In this document: positions 10,554 to 19,445 of the stretch, piece by piece
Layout: each line of letters opens with the position of its first letter
Position numbering within the stretch: the stretch's first letter is position 1
DNA from: Candidatus Zixiibacteriota bacterium
GTDB lineage: Bacteria; Zixibacteria; MSB-5A5; WJJR01
Reading direction: 5' to 3'
Length of the DNA: 64,000 bases
Assembly (NCBI GenBank): GCA_016235085.1
Contig: JACRMA010000016.1
Span: forward strand, 10,425 to 74,424
Program-made: the position numbers and the translations under genes
The notes under the pieces: model-generated
The model's input: the letters and a program-made list of their open reading frames with translations, nothing else
What the model was told of the DNA's origin: nothing
Databases searched by the model: none

Positions 10554-11774
10554 TTGGCAACTCCGAAGACCCAAACTCAGAGAAACTCTGTCGATCTGTT
10601 TGCGAAGTGCAGTTCATTCACCGCCGCCCGCGAAGTCATGGCGATGGGGGTATACCCCTATTTCCGGATGATTACCTCGGCCCCGGGCACCGTGGTCACC
10701 GTGGATGGCAAAGAACTGATCATGATTGGCTCGAATAACTACCTCGGGCTGACAAACCATCCCAAAGTCGTCGAAGCGGCTGCGGAAGCCTCCCGGCGCT
10801 ACGGGTCCGGATGCACCGGATCGCGGTTCTTGAACGGCACACTGGATTTGCACGTCGAGCTTGAGGCCCGACTGGCAAAATTCATGAAACGCCCCGCGGC
10901 GCTCGTGTTCTCGACCGGGTTTCAGACCAATCTGGGAACGATCTCCTGCCTGGTCGGGCGGACCGACACGATCTACGGCGACCGGTCCAATCACGCCTCC
11001 ATCGTCGATGGCTGCCGGCTGTCTTTTGGCCGGACCGTGAAATTCCAGCATAACGACATGGATGACCTGGCGCGGGTACTCGAATCCAATGCGAACGGCG
11101 GCGGGCAGTTGATTGTCGTCGACGGCGTCTTCTCGATGGAGGGGGACATCGTCGATCTGCCCAACCTGGTGCGTCTGGCCCAGGCTTACGGCGCCAGGGT
11201 CATGGTGGACGATGCTCATTCCATTGGCGTTCTCGGAGCCGGTGGCCGTGGCACCGCCGAGCACTTCAACTTGATCGACCAGGTCGACATCACGATGGGG
11301 ACATTCTCCAAGTCGTTTGCTTCACTGGGTGGATTCATCGTCGGCGATGAAGACGTCATTCACTACGTCAAGCATTTCTCCCGCGAATTGATCTTCTCCG
11401 CGTCGATGCCGCCGGCATCGGTGGCCTCGTGCCTGGCCGCGCTCGATATCATCGAGAGCGAGCCGGAACGCCGTGAACGCCTTTGGGCGATCACGCACCG
11501 GATGCACCATGATTTCCGCCAGTTGGGGTTCGAGATCGGCTGCACGCAAACGCCGATCATCCCCATCATGATCGGTGACGATCTGGTGGCCTTCCGATTC
11601 TGGAAGGAACTCACTGATCGCGGAATCTTCGCCAATCCCATCGTGTCCCCAGCTGTTCCCAAGGGACAAGCCCTGATCCGCACCTCCTATACCGCCACGC
11701 ACACCGATGCACAGCTCGATTACGTGCTGGAGACGTTCGCCTCGGTCGGGAAGATGCTCGGCGTGATCGAGTAG
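10554..11774 (+). CDS. Alpha-oxoamine synthase family PLP enzyme, serine palmitoyltransferase / cysteate-acyltransferase-like
   Basis: The PLP-lysine motif GTFSKSFASLGGFIVG resembles the SPT motif GTF(S/T)KS rather than BioF (GTLSKA) or Kbl (GTLGKA). N-terminal region has IMIGSNNYLGLTNHP and SGCTGSRFLNGT. The true start may be the internal Met at about 10641. Confidence 0.8.
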   Translation: MATPKTQTQRNSVDLFAKCSSFTAAREVMAMGVYPYFRMITSAPGTVVTVDGKELIMIGSNNYLGLTNHPKVVEAAAEASRRYGSGCTGSRFLNGTLDLHVELEARLAKFMKRPAALVFSTGFQTNLGTISCLVGRTDTIYGDRSNHASIVDGCRLSFGRTVKFQHNDMDDLARVLESNANGGGQLIVVDGVFSMEGDIVDLPNLVRLAQAYGARVMVDDAHSIGVLGAGGRGTAEHFNLIDQVDITMGTFSKSFASLGGFIVGDEDVIHYVKHFSRELIFSASMPPASVASCLAALDIIESEPERRERLWAITHRMHHDFRQLGFEIGCTQTPIIPIMIGDDLVAFRFWKELTDRGIFANPIVSPAVPKGQALIRTSYTATHTDAQLDYVLETFASVGKMLGVIE

Positions 11775-11779
11775 GGTTC

Positions 11780-11805
11780 GGAGTACGGCGACGCGTCGCC
11801 GCACT
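11780..11805. repeat. REP palindrome (GGAGTACGGCGACGCGTCGCCGCACT) immediately 5' of the RAYT gene
   Basis: Near-perfect 22-nt palindrome GTACGGCGACGCGTCGCCGCAC. The same core recurs four more times within 1.3 kb. Confidence 0.85.
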
Positions 11806-11815
11806 AGTGGGTAGC

Positions 11816-12343
11816 ATGACTTGGCCCCATTCGCCGCCGCACTGGTTATTCGCTCCAGGGATTTACATGGTCACCGCCGGCACATATAGGCGGCTTCCCC
11901 ATTTGAGCACCTCCGAACGTCGGGATTTCTTTCTCACGGCCCTAATTTCGTGCGCAGAGGAGTTCGGATGGTTTCTTCAAGCATGGTCTGTTCTTCCCAA
12001 TCACTACCACTTCGTCGCAATGTCCCCCGATAATCCCGGGTCTCTCCGAAGGATGTTGGGGAAGCTCCACATGACGACTGCAAAACAGCTGAACATCTGG
12101 GATAACCAGCCGGGGCGAAAGGTGTGGTTTCAGTACTGGGATACGCGGATCACATTCGAGCGATCGTATCTTGCTCGATTGAATTATGTTCATTTCAATC
12201 CAATCAAGCATGGCATGGCTGAGAACGCAGAGGATTATCCCTGGTGTTCCGCCGCTTGGTTCTTCAAAACCGCCCCCGGTGACGTAATCGAGACGGTGCA
12301 ACGGTCAAAGAGCGATCAAATCCAAGTGCCTGACGAGTATTGA
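11816..12343 (+). CDS. REP-associated tyrosine transposase (RAYT, TnpA_REP; IS200/IS605-like HuH-Y1)
   Basis: HuH motif PNHYHFV and catalytic Tyr region ARLNYVHFNPIKHGMAE. The gene is flanked on both sides by cognate REP palindromes. ATG 11816 is preferred, with GTG 11807 as an alternative. Confidence 0.85.
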   Translation: MTWPHSPPHWLFAPGIYMVTAGTYRRLPHLSTSERRDFFLTALISCAEEFGWFLQAWSVLPNHYHFVAMSPDNPGSLRRMLGKLHMTTAKQLNIWDNQPGRKVWFQYWDTRITFERSYLARLNYVHFNPIKHGMAENAEDYPWCSAAWFFKTAPGDVIETVQRSKSDQIQVPDEY

Positions 12344-12347
12344 GTTT

Positions 12348-12426
12348 GGAGTGCGGCGACAAGTCGCCGCAGGTAGGAGCGGGCGAGAGCCTTCGGCTCT
12401 CGCTGCGGCGACGCGTCGCCGCACTC
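12348..12426. repeat. Inverted REP pair (BIME-like) with central UUCG-type hairpin
   Basis: GGAGTGCGGCGACAAGTCGCCGCAG, then GCGAGAGCCTTCGGCTCTCGC, then TGCGGCGACGCGTCGCCGCACTCC. The whole unit is one long composite palindrome. Confidence 0.85.
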
Positions 12427-12534
12427 CAAAATGAAAAGATGGTGGAATACTCGCCATCTTGAAACGTATTCCAGTTGCAGTAAAGGAAGGCGGCTGGAGG
12501 CGGCGGCTCGGACGCCTTCGTGGGGAGGTGTATC

Positions 12535-12990
12535 ATGCGACTGATTCGTTATTTGATTCTGGGAGCTTTGGTCGCCATGCTGGTGCTGGCCTGCAGCGAT
12601 TCCGGCACCCAACCGGGGGAAATCTGGTTGATGAGTTCGCAGAGCGAGTGTCATCAGAAGATTGACGTTGGTGTAAGAGGCGGGCAACCCTCGAAAGATG
12701 AGTTCTGGTACGAGAGCCGTTGCGACACGTTGCGCGTGCATCACGATGGACGTTCCGCGAATTGCTGTGCGAAGTTTGCCTATGAGATCGATCAGCAGGC
12801 GAATACTCTCACGCTGATCGAGACCGATACCTCGACCGTTCTCTGCCGGTGCGCTGATTGTCTATTCGATCTGACAGCGCAAATCTCGGGATTGAGCGGC
12901 GGGTCGTACACAATCAAAGTCCGCGACAGCAAATCCGACAGCCTGCTGGACAGTACGGTAGTGGGAATTGCTCCGTGCCTGCCGCAATAA
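12535..12990 (+). CDS. Small lipoprotein of unknown function, bracketed by REP pairs
   Basis: Lipoprotein signal MRLIRYLILGALVAMLVLACSDSG. Several Cys residues (CHQKID, RCDTL, CCAKF, CRCADC) suggest a disulfide-rich fold. REP pairs lie directly 5' and 3' of the ORF. Confidence 0.6.
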   Translation: MRLIRYLILGALVAMLVLACSDSGTQPGEIWLMSSQSECHQKIDVGVRGGQPSKDEFWYESRCDTLRVHHDGRSANCCAKFAYEIDQQANTLTLIETDTSTVLCRCADCLFDLTAQISGLSGGSYTIKVRDSKSDSLLDSTVVGIAPCLPQ

Positions 12991-12995
12991 TATTT

Positions 12996-13075
12996 GGAGT
13001 GCGGCGACGCGTCGCCGCAACGAGAGCCGAAGGCTCTCGTTTTCTCTTAACTGCGGCGACTTGTCGCCGCACTCC
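12996..13075. repeat. Inverted REP pair (BIME-like) with central hairpin, second copy
   Basis: GGAGTGCGGCGACGCGTCGCCGCA, then ACGAGAGCCGAAGGCTCTCGT, then TGCGGCGACTTGTCGCCGCACTCC. It is a mirror arrangement of the copy at 12348-12426. Confidence 0.85.
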
Positions 13076-13092
13076 ATAACTTGGAATTCGAA

Positions 13093-13557
13093 CTAAACTT
13101 CCTGGATTGTATCGCCGACGCGGATGACGCCATCGGTTAGAATCTGCGCGCGCAGACCTCCGCGATGAATCAGGCCGCGGAGGACGCCCTGTTGCGTGAG
13201 GCCTTCAAGATGGTTGCAGGGTTCGCACAGGCGAATGCCGCGCAGCTTTACTTCGCCCACCGTGAATTCGCGATTGACGAGGTGGTTGAGCGGAACACCG
13301 GCGGTCACGAGATTGCGCCGCGCGTCTTTGGGAGCGAGCGTGATTCCGGATTCCCGGCTTAACGCTTCGATGGCTTCTCTTTCAATCAGCGTGATTTCAC
13401 GATCTGGACCCGGCTTGGTCGAATAGGTGCCCGTTATCTCGCCATACCGGTCTCCCGCGAGACCTTTACCCGGCATGGCGCGCGCTTCAGAGATTGTCTG
13501 CATTTCGGTTCCCGCGCCGGGGGAAACACATATTTGATGGACGCGACCACTCCACAT
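13093..13557 (-). CDS. MOSC domain-containing protein (YiiM-like)
   Basis: MOSC signature around the conserved Cys (RLCEPCNHLE). The 154-aa length is typical of stand-alone MOSC proteins. It is the last gene of the suf cluster. Confidence 0.75.
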   Translation of the reverse strand: MWSGRVHQICVSPGAGTEMQTISEARAMPGKGLAGDRYGEITGTYSTKPGPDREITLIEREAIEALSRESGITLAPKDARRNLVTAGVPLNHLVNREFTVGEVKLRGIRLCEPCNHLEGLTQQGVLRGLIHRGGLRAQILTDGVIRVGDTIQEV

Positions 13558-13600
13558 TGCTGACTCCGAAAGGAAGTGATAATTGGTGCGGGCTTTTGCC

Positions 13601-13930
13601 TTACCAAATCCCGAGCTTGTCCTTGATTTCTTCGGAGACCATTGTCTTGGGATCCCAGGGTGGGTCCCAAACTACGACAACTTCCACCTGATTGACGCCT
13701 GGCAGATGGCCAACGGCTCTTTTGACGTCGGCAATCAATGTCGGGCCATATGGACAGTAAGGGGTTGTTAGCGTCATCCGAATGGTCACCATCTGGCCTT
13801 CGTTGGTGATGTCAATGCCGTAGACGAGCCCGAGATCGGTGACACTGAGTTCGATTTCCGGATCAAGGACAGTCCCCAGGGTTTCCATGATGACTTCTTT
13901 GGTTACGACTGATGTGGTCATGGCGTTCAT
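13601..13930 (-). CDS. sufT: SUF-associated Fe-S assembly protein, DUF59/MIP18 family (SufT-like)
   Basis: DUF59 motifs VLDPEIELSVTDLGLVY and TLTTPYCPYGP. Start taken at the ATG at 13930 (MNAMTTS). Confidence 0.8.
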   Translation of the reverse strand: MNAMTTSVVTKEVIMETLGTVLDPEIELSVTDLGLVYGIDITNEGQMVTIRMTLTTPYCPYGPTLIADVKRAVGHLPGVNQVEVVVVWDPPWDPKTMVSEEIKDKLGIW

Positions 13931-13932
13931 CC

Positions 13933-14418
13933 TCACTCGGTAGTTGTGCTCCGGTCCGGCGCGTCGCCTTTCTTCTCTGCTTCCTCGAGCGCATCGATCA
14001 ATGTCATCCACGCCAGGAGGGCGCACTTGACGCGGACCGGGAAGTTCTTCACACCCTCGAGCGCATCGAGATCGCCAATATCCAACCCCGGCGGCGGCGG
14101 ATCGCCGTGCATCATCCGTTTGAATGCGTCGGCGAGACCTAGCGCCTCTTCGCGACTCTTGCCGGGGAGCAACTCAGCAAGCATGGAGGCCGATGCGACC
14201 GAGATCACGCAGCCCTTGCAGTTGACCGCGACATCTTCGACTGCGTTGTCGGTCAGCTTGACCGACATCGTGATGCGGTCACCGCAGACCGGATTGTAGC
14301 CATCACGGGTGAGATCAATCCGGTCGAGCGTCTTGTGTCCGCGTGGTGAACGGAAATGATCGAGAACCGTGTCCCGGTACAGGGCATCCAGTTCGATATC
14401 GTTTCTACCGTCGTCCAA
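13933..14418 (-). CDS. sufU: SUF system NifU-type Fe-S cluster scaffold SufU
   Basis: SufU/IscU motifs NPVCGDRITMSVKL and NCKGCVISVASASMLAELLPGKS. It overlaps the sufS stop by 14 nt. Confidence 0.9.
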   Translation of the reverse strand: MDDGRNDIELDALYRDTVLDHFRSPRGHKTLDRIDLTRDGYNPVCGDRITMSVKLTDNAVEDVAVNCKGCVISVASASMLAELLPGKSREEALGLADAFKRMMHGDPPPPGLDIGDLDALEGVKNFPVRVKCALLAWMTLIDALEEAEKKGDAPDRSTTTE

Positions 14419-15685
14419 AAAATCTCCCGGCGCTTTGCAGCGCGTCGATCAAAGTATCAATGTCTTCACGGTTATTGTAAACGTAAAAGCTGGCGCGGGC
14501 AGTGGCAGTTTGCCCAAGGCGCTCCATCAACGGTTGCGCGCAGTGATGCCCGGCACGAATTGCCACGCCCTTGCGATCGAGGTAGGTGCTCAAATCGTGG
14601 GGGTGAATGTCGCTGTGATTGAACGAAATCACGCCGGCGCGCAATTGCGGGTCGGCCGGGCCGTGAATTTCCAGTTCGTCCACCGAATGCATTTTCTCCA
14701 GGGCGTATTCGGTCAGCTCAATCTCATGGCGTCGGACCTCGGTCATGCCGATTGATTCCAGATAATCGATGGCCGCGCCGAAGCCGATCACATCGGCAAT
14801 ATTCGGGGTTCCCGCCTCGAATTTCCATGGCAAATCGTTCCACGTGGCGGCGGTCATTGAGACGGTACGAATCATGTCGCCACCACCCAGGAATGGGTCC
14901 ATCGCTTCGAGCAGTTCACGTCGACCCCACAGCACACCAACCCCGGTTGGGCCAAGCATCTTATGCGCCGAGAAGGCGACAAAATCTGCGCCGAGCGTGG
15001 CGACACTGACCGGCATGTGAGGAACTCCCTGAGCGCCATCGACCAGCAAGAGTGCGCCGTGCTTATGAACCATCTCCGCGATTTCGGGCACCGGGTTGAT
15101 TGTCCCGAGAACATTGGACACATGAGTCAAGGCGACCAAACGGGTCCGGTTGGTGAATCGCTCGTTCCACTTCGACAAGTCGAGAGTTCCGTCATCGAGG
15201 ATGGGGATGTGACGCACCACCGCGCCGGTCCGCTTGGCGAGCATAAACCAGGGGACGAGATTGCTGTGATGCTCCATTTCGGAGACCAGGATCTCGTCGC
15301 CTGATTTCAGATTCTTTGTGCCCCAGGACTGTGCGACCAGATTGATCGACTCGGTCGTATTGCGAGTGAAAACAATCTCTTCGGTCTCTCCGGCGCCAAT
15401 GAACTTCGCCACCTTGGCGCGGGCGCCCTCATACTTGTCCGTGGCTTGTGCCGCCAGCGCGTAGAGACCGCGATGCACATTGGCATTGGTCTGGTGGTAG
15501 TAGTCGACCAGCACATTGATGACCGCTTCCGGCTTCTGCGTGGTCGCCGCGCTGTCGAGGTAGACCAGTGGACTCCCGTGGATCATGCGCTTAAGAATCG
15601 GGAAATCCTCGCGGGTGCTCGCGACTTCGCGTTTTGGCGGGGTCGGTGTGGCGGTCCGGATCGGCACGGTCGTCGTTGTGCTCAT
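14405..15685 (-). CDS. sufS: Cysteine desulfurase SufS
   Basis: Group II cysteine desulfurase motifs FPILKRMIHGSPLVYLDSAATTQKP and FSAHKMLGPTGVGVL, with an RAGHHCAQPL C-terminal loop. Confidence 0.92.
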   Translation of the reverse strand: MSTTTTVPIRTATPTPPKREVASTREDFPILKRMIHGSPLVYLDSAATTQKPEAVINVLVDYYHQTNANVHRGLYALAAQATDKYEGARAKVAKFIGAGETEEIVFTRNTTESINLVAQSWGTKNLKSGDEILVSEMEHHSNLVPWFMLAKRTGAVVRHIPILDDGTLDLSKWNERFTNRTRLVALTHVSNVLGTINPVPEIAEMVHKHGALLLVDGAQGVPHMPVSVATLGADFVAFSAHKMLGPTGVGVLWGRRELLEAMDPFLGGGDMIRTVSMTAATWNDLPWKFEAGTPNIADVIGFGAAIDYLESIGMTEVRRHEIELTEYALEKMHSVDELEIHGPADPQLRAGVISFNHSDIHPHDLSTYLDRKGVAIRAGHHCAQPLMERLGQTATARASFYVYNNREDIDTLIDALQSAGRFFGRR

Positions 15686-16008
15686 GAGTCCTGATCTCCC
15701 AAATCGACCAATACTTCACCGTTTTGAATTAAGGTCTTGTAGCTGCGGACTGGGAATGCCGCCGGCATCTTGAGCACTGCGCCGGTGCGCACGTCGAAAC
15801 AGGCGCCGTGACGTGGGCACTCGATCGCGTGACCCTCCAAAAGACCGGAGCCGAGGGGTCCATCGTCGTGGGTGCAGGTGTCATCGATGGCGAAAACCTG
15901 TCCGCCGACTTTGCAGAGCGCGATGCGTGTGCCGTTGGCTTGATACACGCGGGCTTCGCCCTCGGGGATTTCAGTGTCTTTGGCCACTCTGATGAAGTTG
16001 TCAGACAT
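15682..16008 (-). CDS. Rieske [2Fe-2S] ferredoxin-like protein embedded in the suf operon
   Basis: Rieske ligands CTHDDGPL ... CPRHGACF. The start is placed at [10 protein letters not shown] (16008), giving an 8-nt overlap with the sufD stop. Confidence 0.8.
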   Translation of the reverse strand: MSDNFIRVAKDTEIPEGEARVYQANGTRIALCKVGGQVFAIDDTCTHDDGPLGSGLLEGHAIECPRHGACFDVRTGAVLKMPAAFPVRSYKTLIQNGEVLVDLGDQDS

Positions 16009-17353
16009 TGGGAATTTCTCCGAGATGTGCGAGCACTTCCCCGTGGATTCGCTCGCGAACGCCATCGGGTATGTGCTTGAGAATCGGTTCGACAAAGCCG
16101 GTGACGATCAATCGGACAGCCTCCGCGGGATCGATGCCGCGTGCGCCGAGATAGAAGACTTCCTCCGGACTGACTTTGCCGACGGTGGCGCCATGAGTGC
16201 AGCGCACTTCATTATTGAGAATCTCCAACTCCGGGATCGATTCGGCCTTTGCCCCGCTGGAGAGCAGAAGATTGCGATTTTCCTGGTACGCCTCGCAGAA
16301 TTGGGCGTGGTCCTCGATGCGGATGAGCCCCGTGTAGGCGGAATGGGCGCGGCCGCGCAGGGCGACTTTGAAGTGCAGGTCACTGCGTGTATTCCCCGAC
16401 CGATGGTCATGGACTGTGTGATGATCGAATTGTTGACGGGCCCCGCCGATGGCCAGACCGAACATGTTGCTCTCCGCGCCTTTACCCGCGAGGATCGCGC
16501 CGCAGTCGACCTTGCTGACCTGTCCGCCCAAAGTGGTCATCACCGTTTCCATCTGGGTGTCGGCGTGCAGTCGGGCGCGTTGGGTCAGATAGGAAATCGT
16601 GTTGTTGCCCCAGTTCTGCACCGGCGCGTATTTGACGCGTGCCCCCGCCCCCAAGACCATTTCGACGATAGCGCTGGAGTGCGATGGGCCGTCCCCGTTC
16701 GATTGCCCCGATCCATATTCATCGATCAGCGTCAAGCTGGCCGAATCTTCGACAATCACCAGAAGCCTCTGCACGAGGGGGTAAGGCAGCCCCGATGCGG
16801 AGCTCAAGATATGAATTGGCTTCTCGATCTCAATTCCGCGCGGGACGTAGATCACGATCCCCGACGACCAGGCGGCTGTGTTGTATGCCTCGAACTTTCC
16901 GAAATCGGCGCCAACGAGCGACCCGAGATGTTCGCGGAGCAAATCGGGAAACGCCCGGGCTGCTTCCTGCAGATCAATCACCCGGACCCCGGCGGAGGCC
17001 AGCTTCGGGTCGATCGAGGCGACCATCTCTCGACCATCACGCAGGCTGGCGGCAGCGGAGAGTGAACCGGATGAAAACTCGGCCTGCAGGATCGTCGGCA
17101 GAAGTCCTTCGTCCTTTGTCCGTTGACCGCCGCCCAGGCCATTCGTGGTCAAGAACAGCGCCGGATCGGTGTAGCGCCAGAGGTGGCCCACACGTGACGG
17201 CAGCTCCGCCGACCGGAAATTTTCGAATGCCTGCTTTCGCATCCCCAGCAGCCAGTCAGGGCCACTGTGCTTTGATTTGATCTGTTCCCAGAGCGGATCG
17301 GTACCAAAATGGACGGTCCCGGATTGGGGTGTTTGTGCTGCAGCGCTGTTCAC
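16001..17353 (-). CDS. sufD: Fe-S cluster assembly protein SufD
   Basis: SufD/SufB-fold C-terminal region ([41 protein letters not shown]) without the SufB cysteine-rich core. It lies between sufB and the Rieske gene. Confidence 0.88.
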   Translation of the reverse strand: MNSAAAQTPQSGTVHFGTDPLWEQIKSKHSGPDWLLGMRKQAFENFRSAELPSRVGHLWRYTDPALFLTTNGLGGGQRTKDEGLLPTILQAEFSSGSLSAAASLRDGREMVASIDPKLASAGVRVIDLQEAARAFPDLLREHLGSLVGADFGKFEAYNTAAWSSGIVIYVPRGIEIEKPIHILSSASGLPYPLVQRLLVIVEDSASLTLIDEYGSGQSNGDGPSHSSAIVEMVLGAGARVKYAPVQNWGNNTISYLTQRARLHADTQMETVMTTLGGQVSKVDCGAILAGKGAESNMFGLAIGGARQQFDHHTVHDHRSGNTRSDLHFKVALRGRAHSAYTGLIRIEDHAQFCEAYQENRNLLLSSGAKAESIPELEILNNEVRCTHGATVGKVSPEEVFYLGARGIDPAEAVRLIVTGFVEPILKHIPDGVRERIHGEVLAHLGEIPNV

Positions 17354-18629
17354 CCGACCGATCCCTCCATTTCCAATTCAATCAGACGGTTCATTTCGAC
17401 CGCGTATTCCATCGGCAGTTGCTTCACGAACGGTTCGAAGAAGCCATTGACGATGAGCATTCGCGCTTCGTCTTCCGACAGGCCGCGGCTTTGCAGGTAG
17501 AAGATCTGCTCTTCAGCGATCTTGCTGACGCGGGCCTCGTGCTCGACGCGTACGTCGTCGCTGGAGATCTCCATCGTCGGGTACGTGTCCGACCGCGAAT
17601 TCTCGTCTAAGAGAAGCGTCCATCGCCGGCGAACGCCACCGACAGAATCTCGGCCTTGGCGCGTTCACCAACAAGATAGACACAGGGAAATTTCATTGTG
17701 AGCTTGGAACCGAGATTCGCATCGACCCATTCGACGGTCGCGTCGGTGTGTGCCATCGCGCGTTTGGTCACCAGATTGAATACGTTGTTCGACCAGTTCT
17801 GAATCGTGGTGTATCGTATGTACGCGCCGTCCATTGCGATCAGTTCCACAACGGCCGAGTGCAGCGAATCGCTCGAATAAGTCGGGGCAGTGCATCCTTC
17901 GATGTAGTGGACGCGCGATCCCTTGTCGGCGATGATCAGCGTCCGTTCGAACTGGCCCATATTTTTGGCGTTGATGCGGAAATATGCCTGCAGGGGAATC
18001 TTCACATCCGTGTCCGGGGGCACATAGATGAATGAACCGCCCGACCAGACCGCGCTGTTGAGCGCGGCGAATTTGTTATCGGTGGGGGGGATCACCGTGG
18101 CGAAATACTTCTTGACGATCTCCTCCTGCTCGCGCAATGCCGTGTCCATGTCCAGGAAGATAATGCCTTGCTTGGTCAGGTCTTCGCGCAACGAGTGGTA
18201 GACCACTTCGGATTCGTACTGCGCTGAGACACCGCCCAGGAATCTTTGCTCGGCTTCGGGAATTCCCAGCCGGTTGAACGTCTTCTTGATATTGTCGGGG
18301 ACATCATCCCACGATTTCTCGGTGCCTTCGGTGGATTTGAGGAAGTAATGGATGTTTTCAAACTGGATCGAATTAAGCAGCTCGGTATCGCCCCACTGCG
18401 GCATTGGCTTGGCGAAGAACGCGTCCAGCGCCTCATGGCGGAACTTGCGCATCCACTCCGGCTCCTTCTTGAGCTTAGAGATCATTGCCACAACTTCGTG
18501 GTCGATCCCCTTGGGCGCCTTGTGGAAATACTCATCCGGATCGGAGAAACCGTACCGCGCCTGATAATCCTCGCGGACATTCACAACCGGACGGATCTGT
18601 GTCTTCTGATTATTGGCTTCCATTGTCAT
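17350..18629 (-). pseudogene. sufB: sufB, apparently disrupted: N-terminal 340 codons and C-terminal 74+ codons in different frames, with about 50 conserved codons missing
   Basis: The N-part, ending ...[11 protein letters not shown] at 17607, has the SufB core [25 protein letters not shown]. The C-part, [28 protein letters not shown] ... [11 protein letters not shown] in another frame, matches the SufB C-terminus. The segment between them, present in E. coli SufB, is absent. This is either a real deletion plus frameshift or an assembly error. Confidence 0.7.
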
Positions 18630-19399
18630 GCGACCTCGGCGATCCGGCTGACTTCCTTTTCAATCTTTTCATATCCCTCTTTCTCGAGCTGGGCCGCCAT
18701 TTCCGGTCCGCCCGAGCGCACGATCCGGCCACCCATGAAAACATGGACGTAATCCGGCTTCACGAAATTCAGAATGCGCTGGTAGTGGGTGACCAGAAGA
18801 ACGCCAACGTCCTTGTTGACCACCGTGTTGATGCCTTTGGAGACAATCTGCAAGGCATCGATATCGAGGCCCGAGTCAGTTTCATCCAGCAGGGCGATCC
18901 TGGGTTTGAGCATCGCCATTTGCAGGATCTCCAAACGTTTCTTCTCGCCGCCCGAGAAACCGTCGTTGACGTAGCGGGTGGCGAAAGCGGGATCGATCTC
19001 CAGACGCTCGAATTCGGCGAGCAGAGTTTTGCGGAATGTCTTCATTTCGGAGTCGTCTTTGACGCGCGCTTTGACCGCGGCGCGCAGGAAATTCGCGACG
19101 GTCACGCCGGGGATCGCGAGCGGGTATTGAAACGCCAGGAACATCCCTTGCCGCGAACGTTCATGCGGCGGCATCTCGGTGACGTTCTCGCCATTGACGA
19201 AGATCCGTCCGCTGGTGAGCGAATAGCTGGGGTGTCCCATCAGGGCGTTGACCAGCGTGCTCTTGCCGGAGCCGTTGGGACCCATGAGCGCGTGAATCTC
19301 GCCGCCTTTGATACTTAGCGTGACACCCTTGACCACCGGCTTGCTTTCGATGGACACGTGGATGTCTTCGCAACGAAATGGTATCTGTGCTTCTGTCAT
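18626..19399 (-). CDS. sufC: Fe-S cluster assembly ATPase SufC
   Basis: Walker [13 protein letters not shown] signature LSGGEKKR and Walker [12 protein letters not shown]. The 257-aa length is typical of SufC. Confidence 0.93.
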   Translation of the reverse strand: MTEAQIPFRCEDIHVSIESKPVVKGVTLSIKGGEIHALMGPNGSGKSTLVNALMGHPSYSLTSGRIFVNGENVTEMPPHERSRQGMFLAFQYPLAIPGVTVANFLRAAVKARVKDDSEMKTFRKTLLAEFERLEIDPAFATRYVNDGFSGGEKKRLEILQMAMLKPRIALLDETDSGLDIDALQIVSKGINTVVNKDVGVLLVTHYQRILNFVKPDYVHVFMGGRIVRSGGPEMAAQLEKEGYEKIEKEVSRIAEVA

Positions 19400-19445
19400 C
19401 GTTCTGCCTTTCGTTCATTCGAACACAAGGGAGCTCTTGTGCGCC

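Noticed and set aside
10554-11774. Assigning the alpha-oxoamine synthase specifically as BioF (8-amino-7-oxononanoate synthase)
   Set aside because: The PLP-lysine motif GTFSKS and the N-terminal region resemble SPT-type enzymes rather than BioF (GTLSKA), and no bio genes are adjacent.
15974-17065. 363-aa plus-strand ORF opposite sufD, and similar antisense ORFs opposite sufC (18485-19318), carB (36586-37545, 38794-39540), kinase (49483-50283) and gene 1 (1315-2022, 1326-2054)
   Set aside because: All lie opposite genes with unambiguous family signatures and have the compositional look of GC-rich antisense frames.
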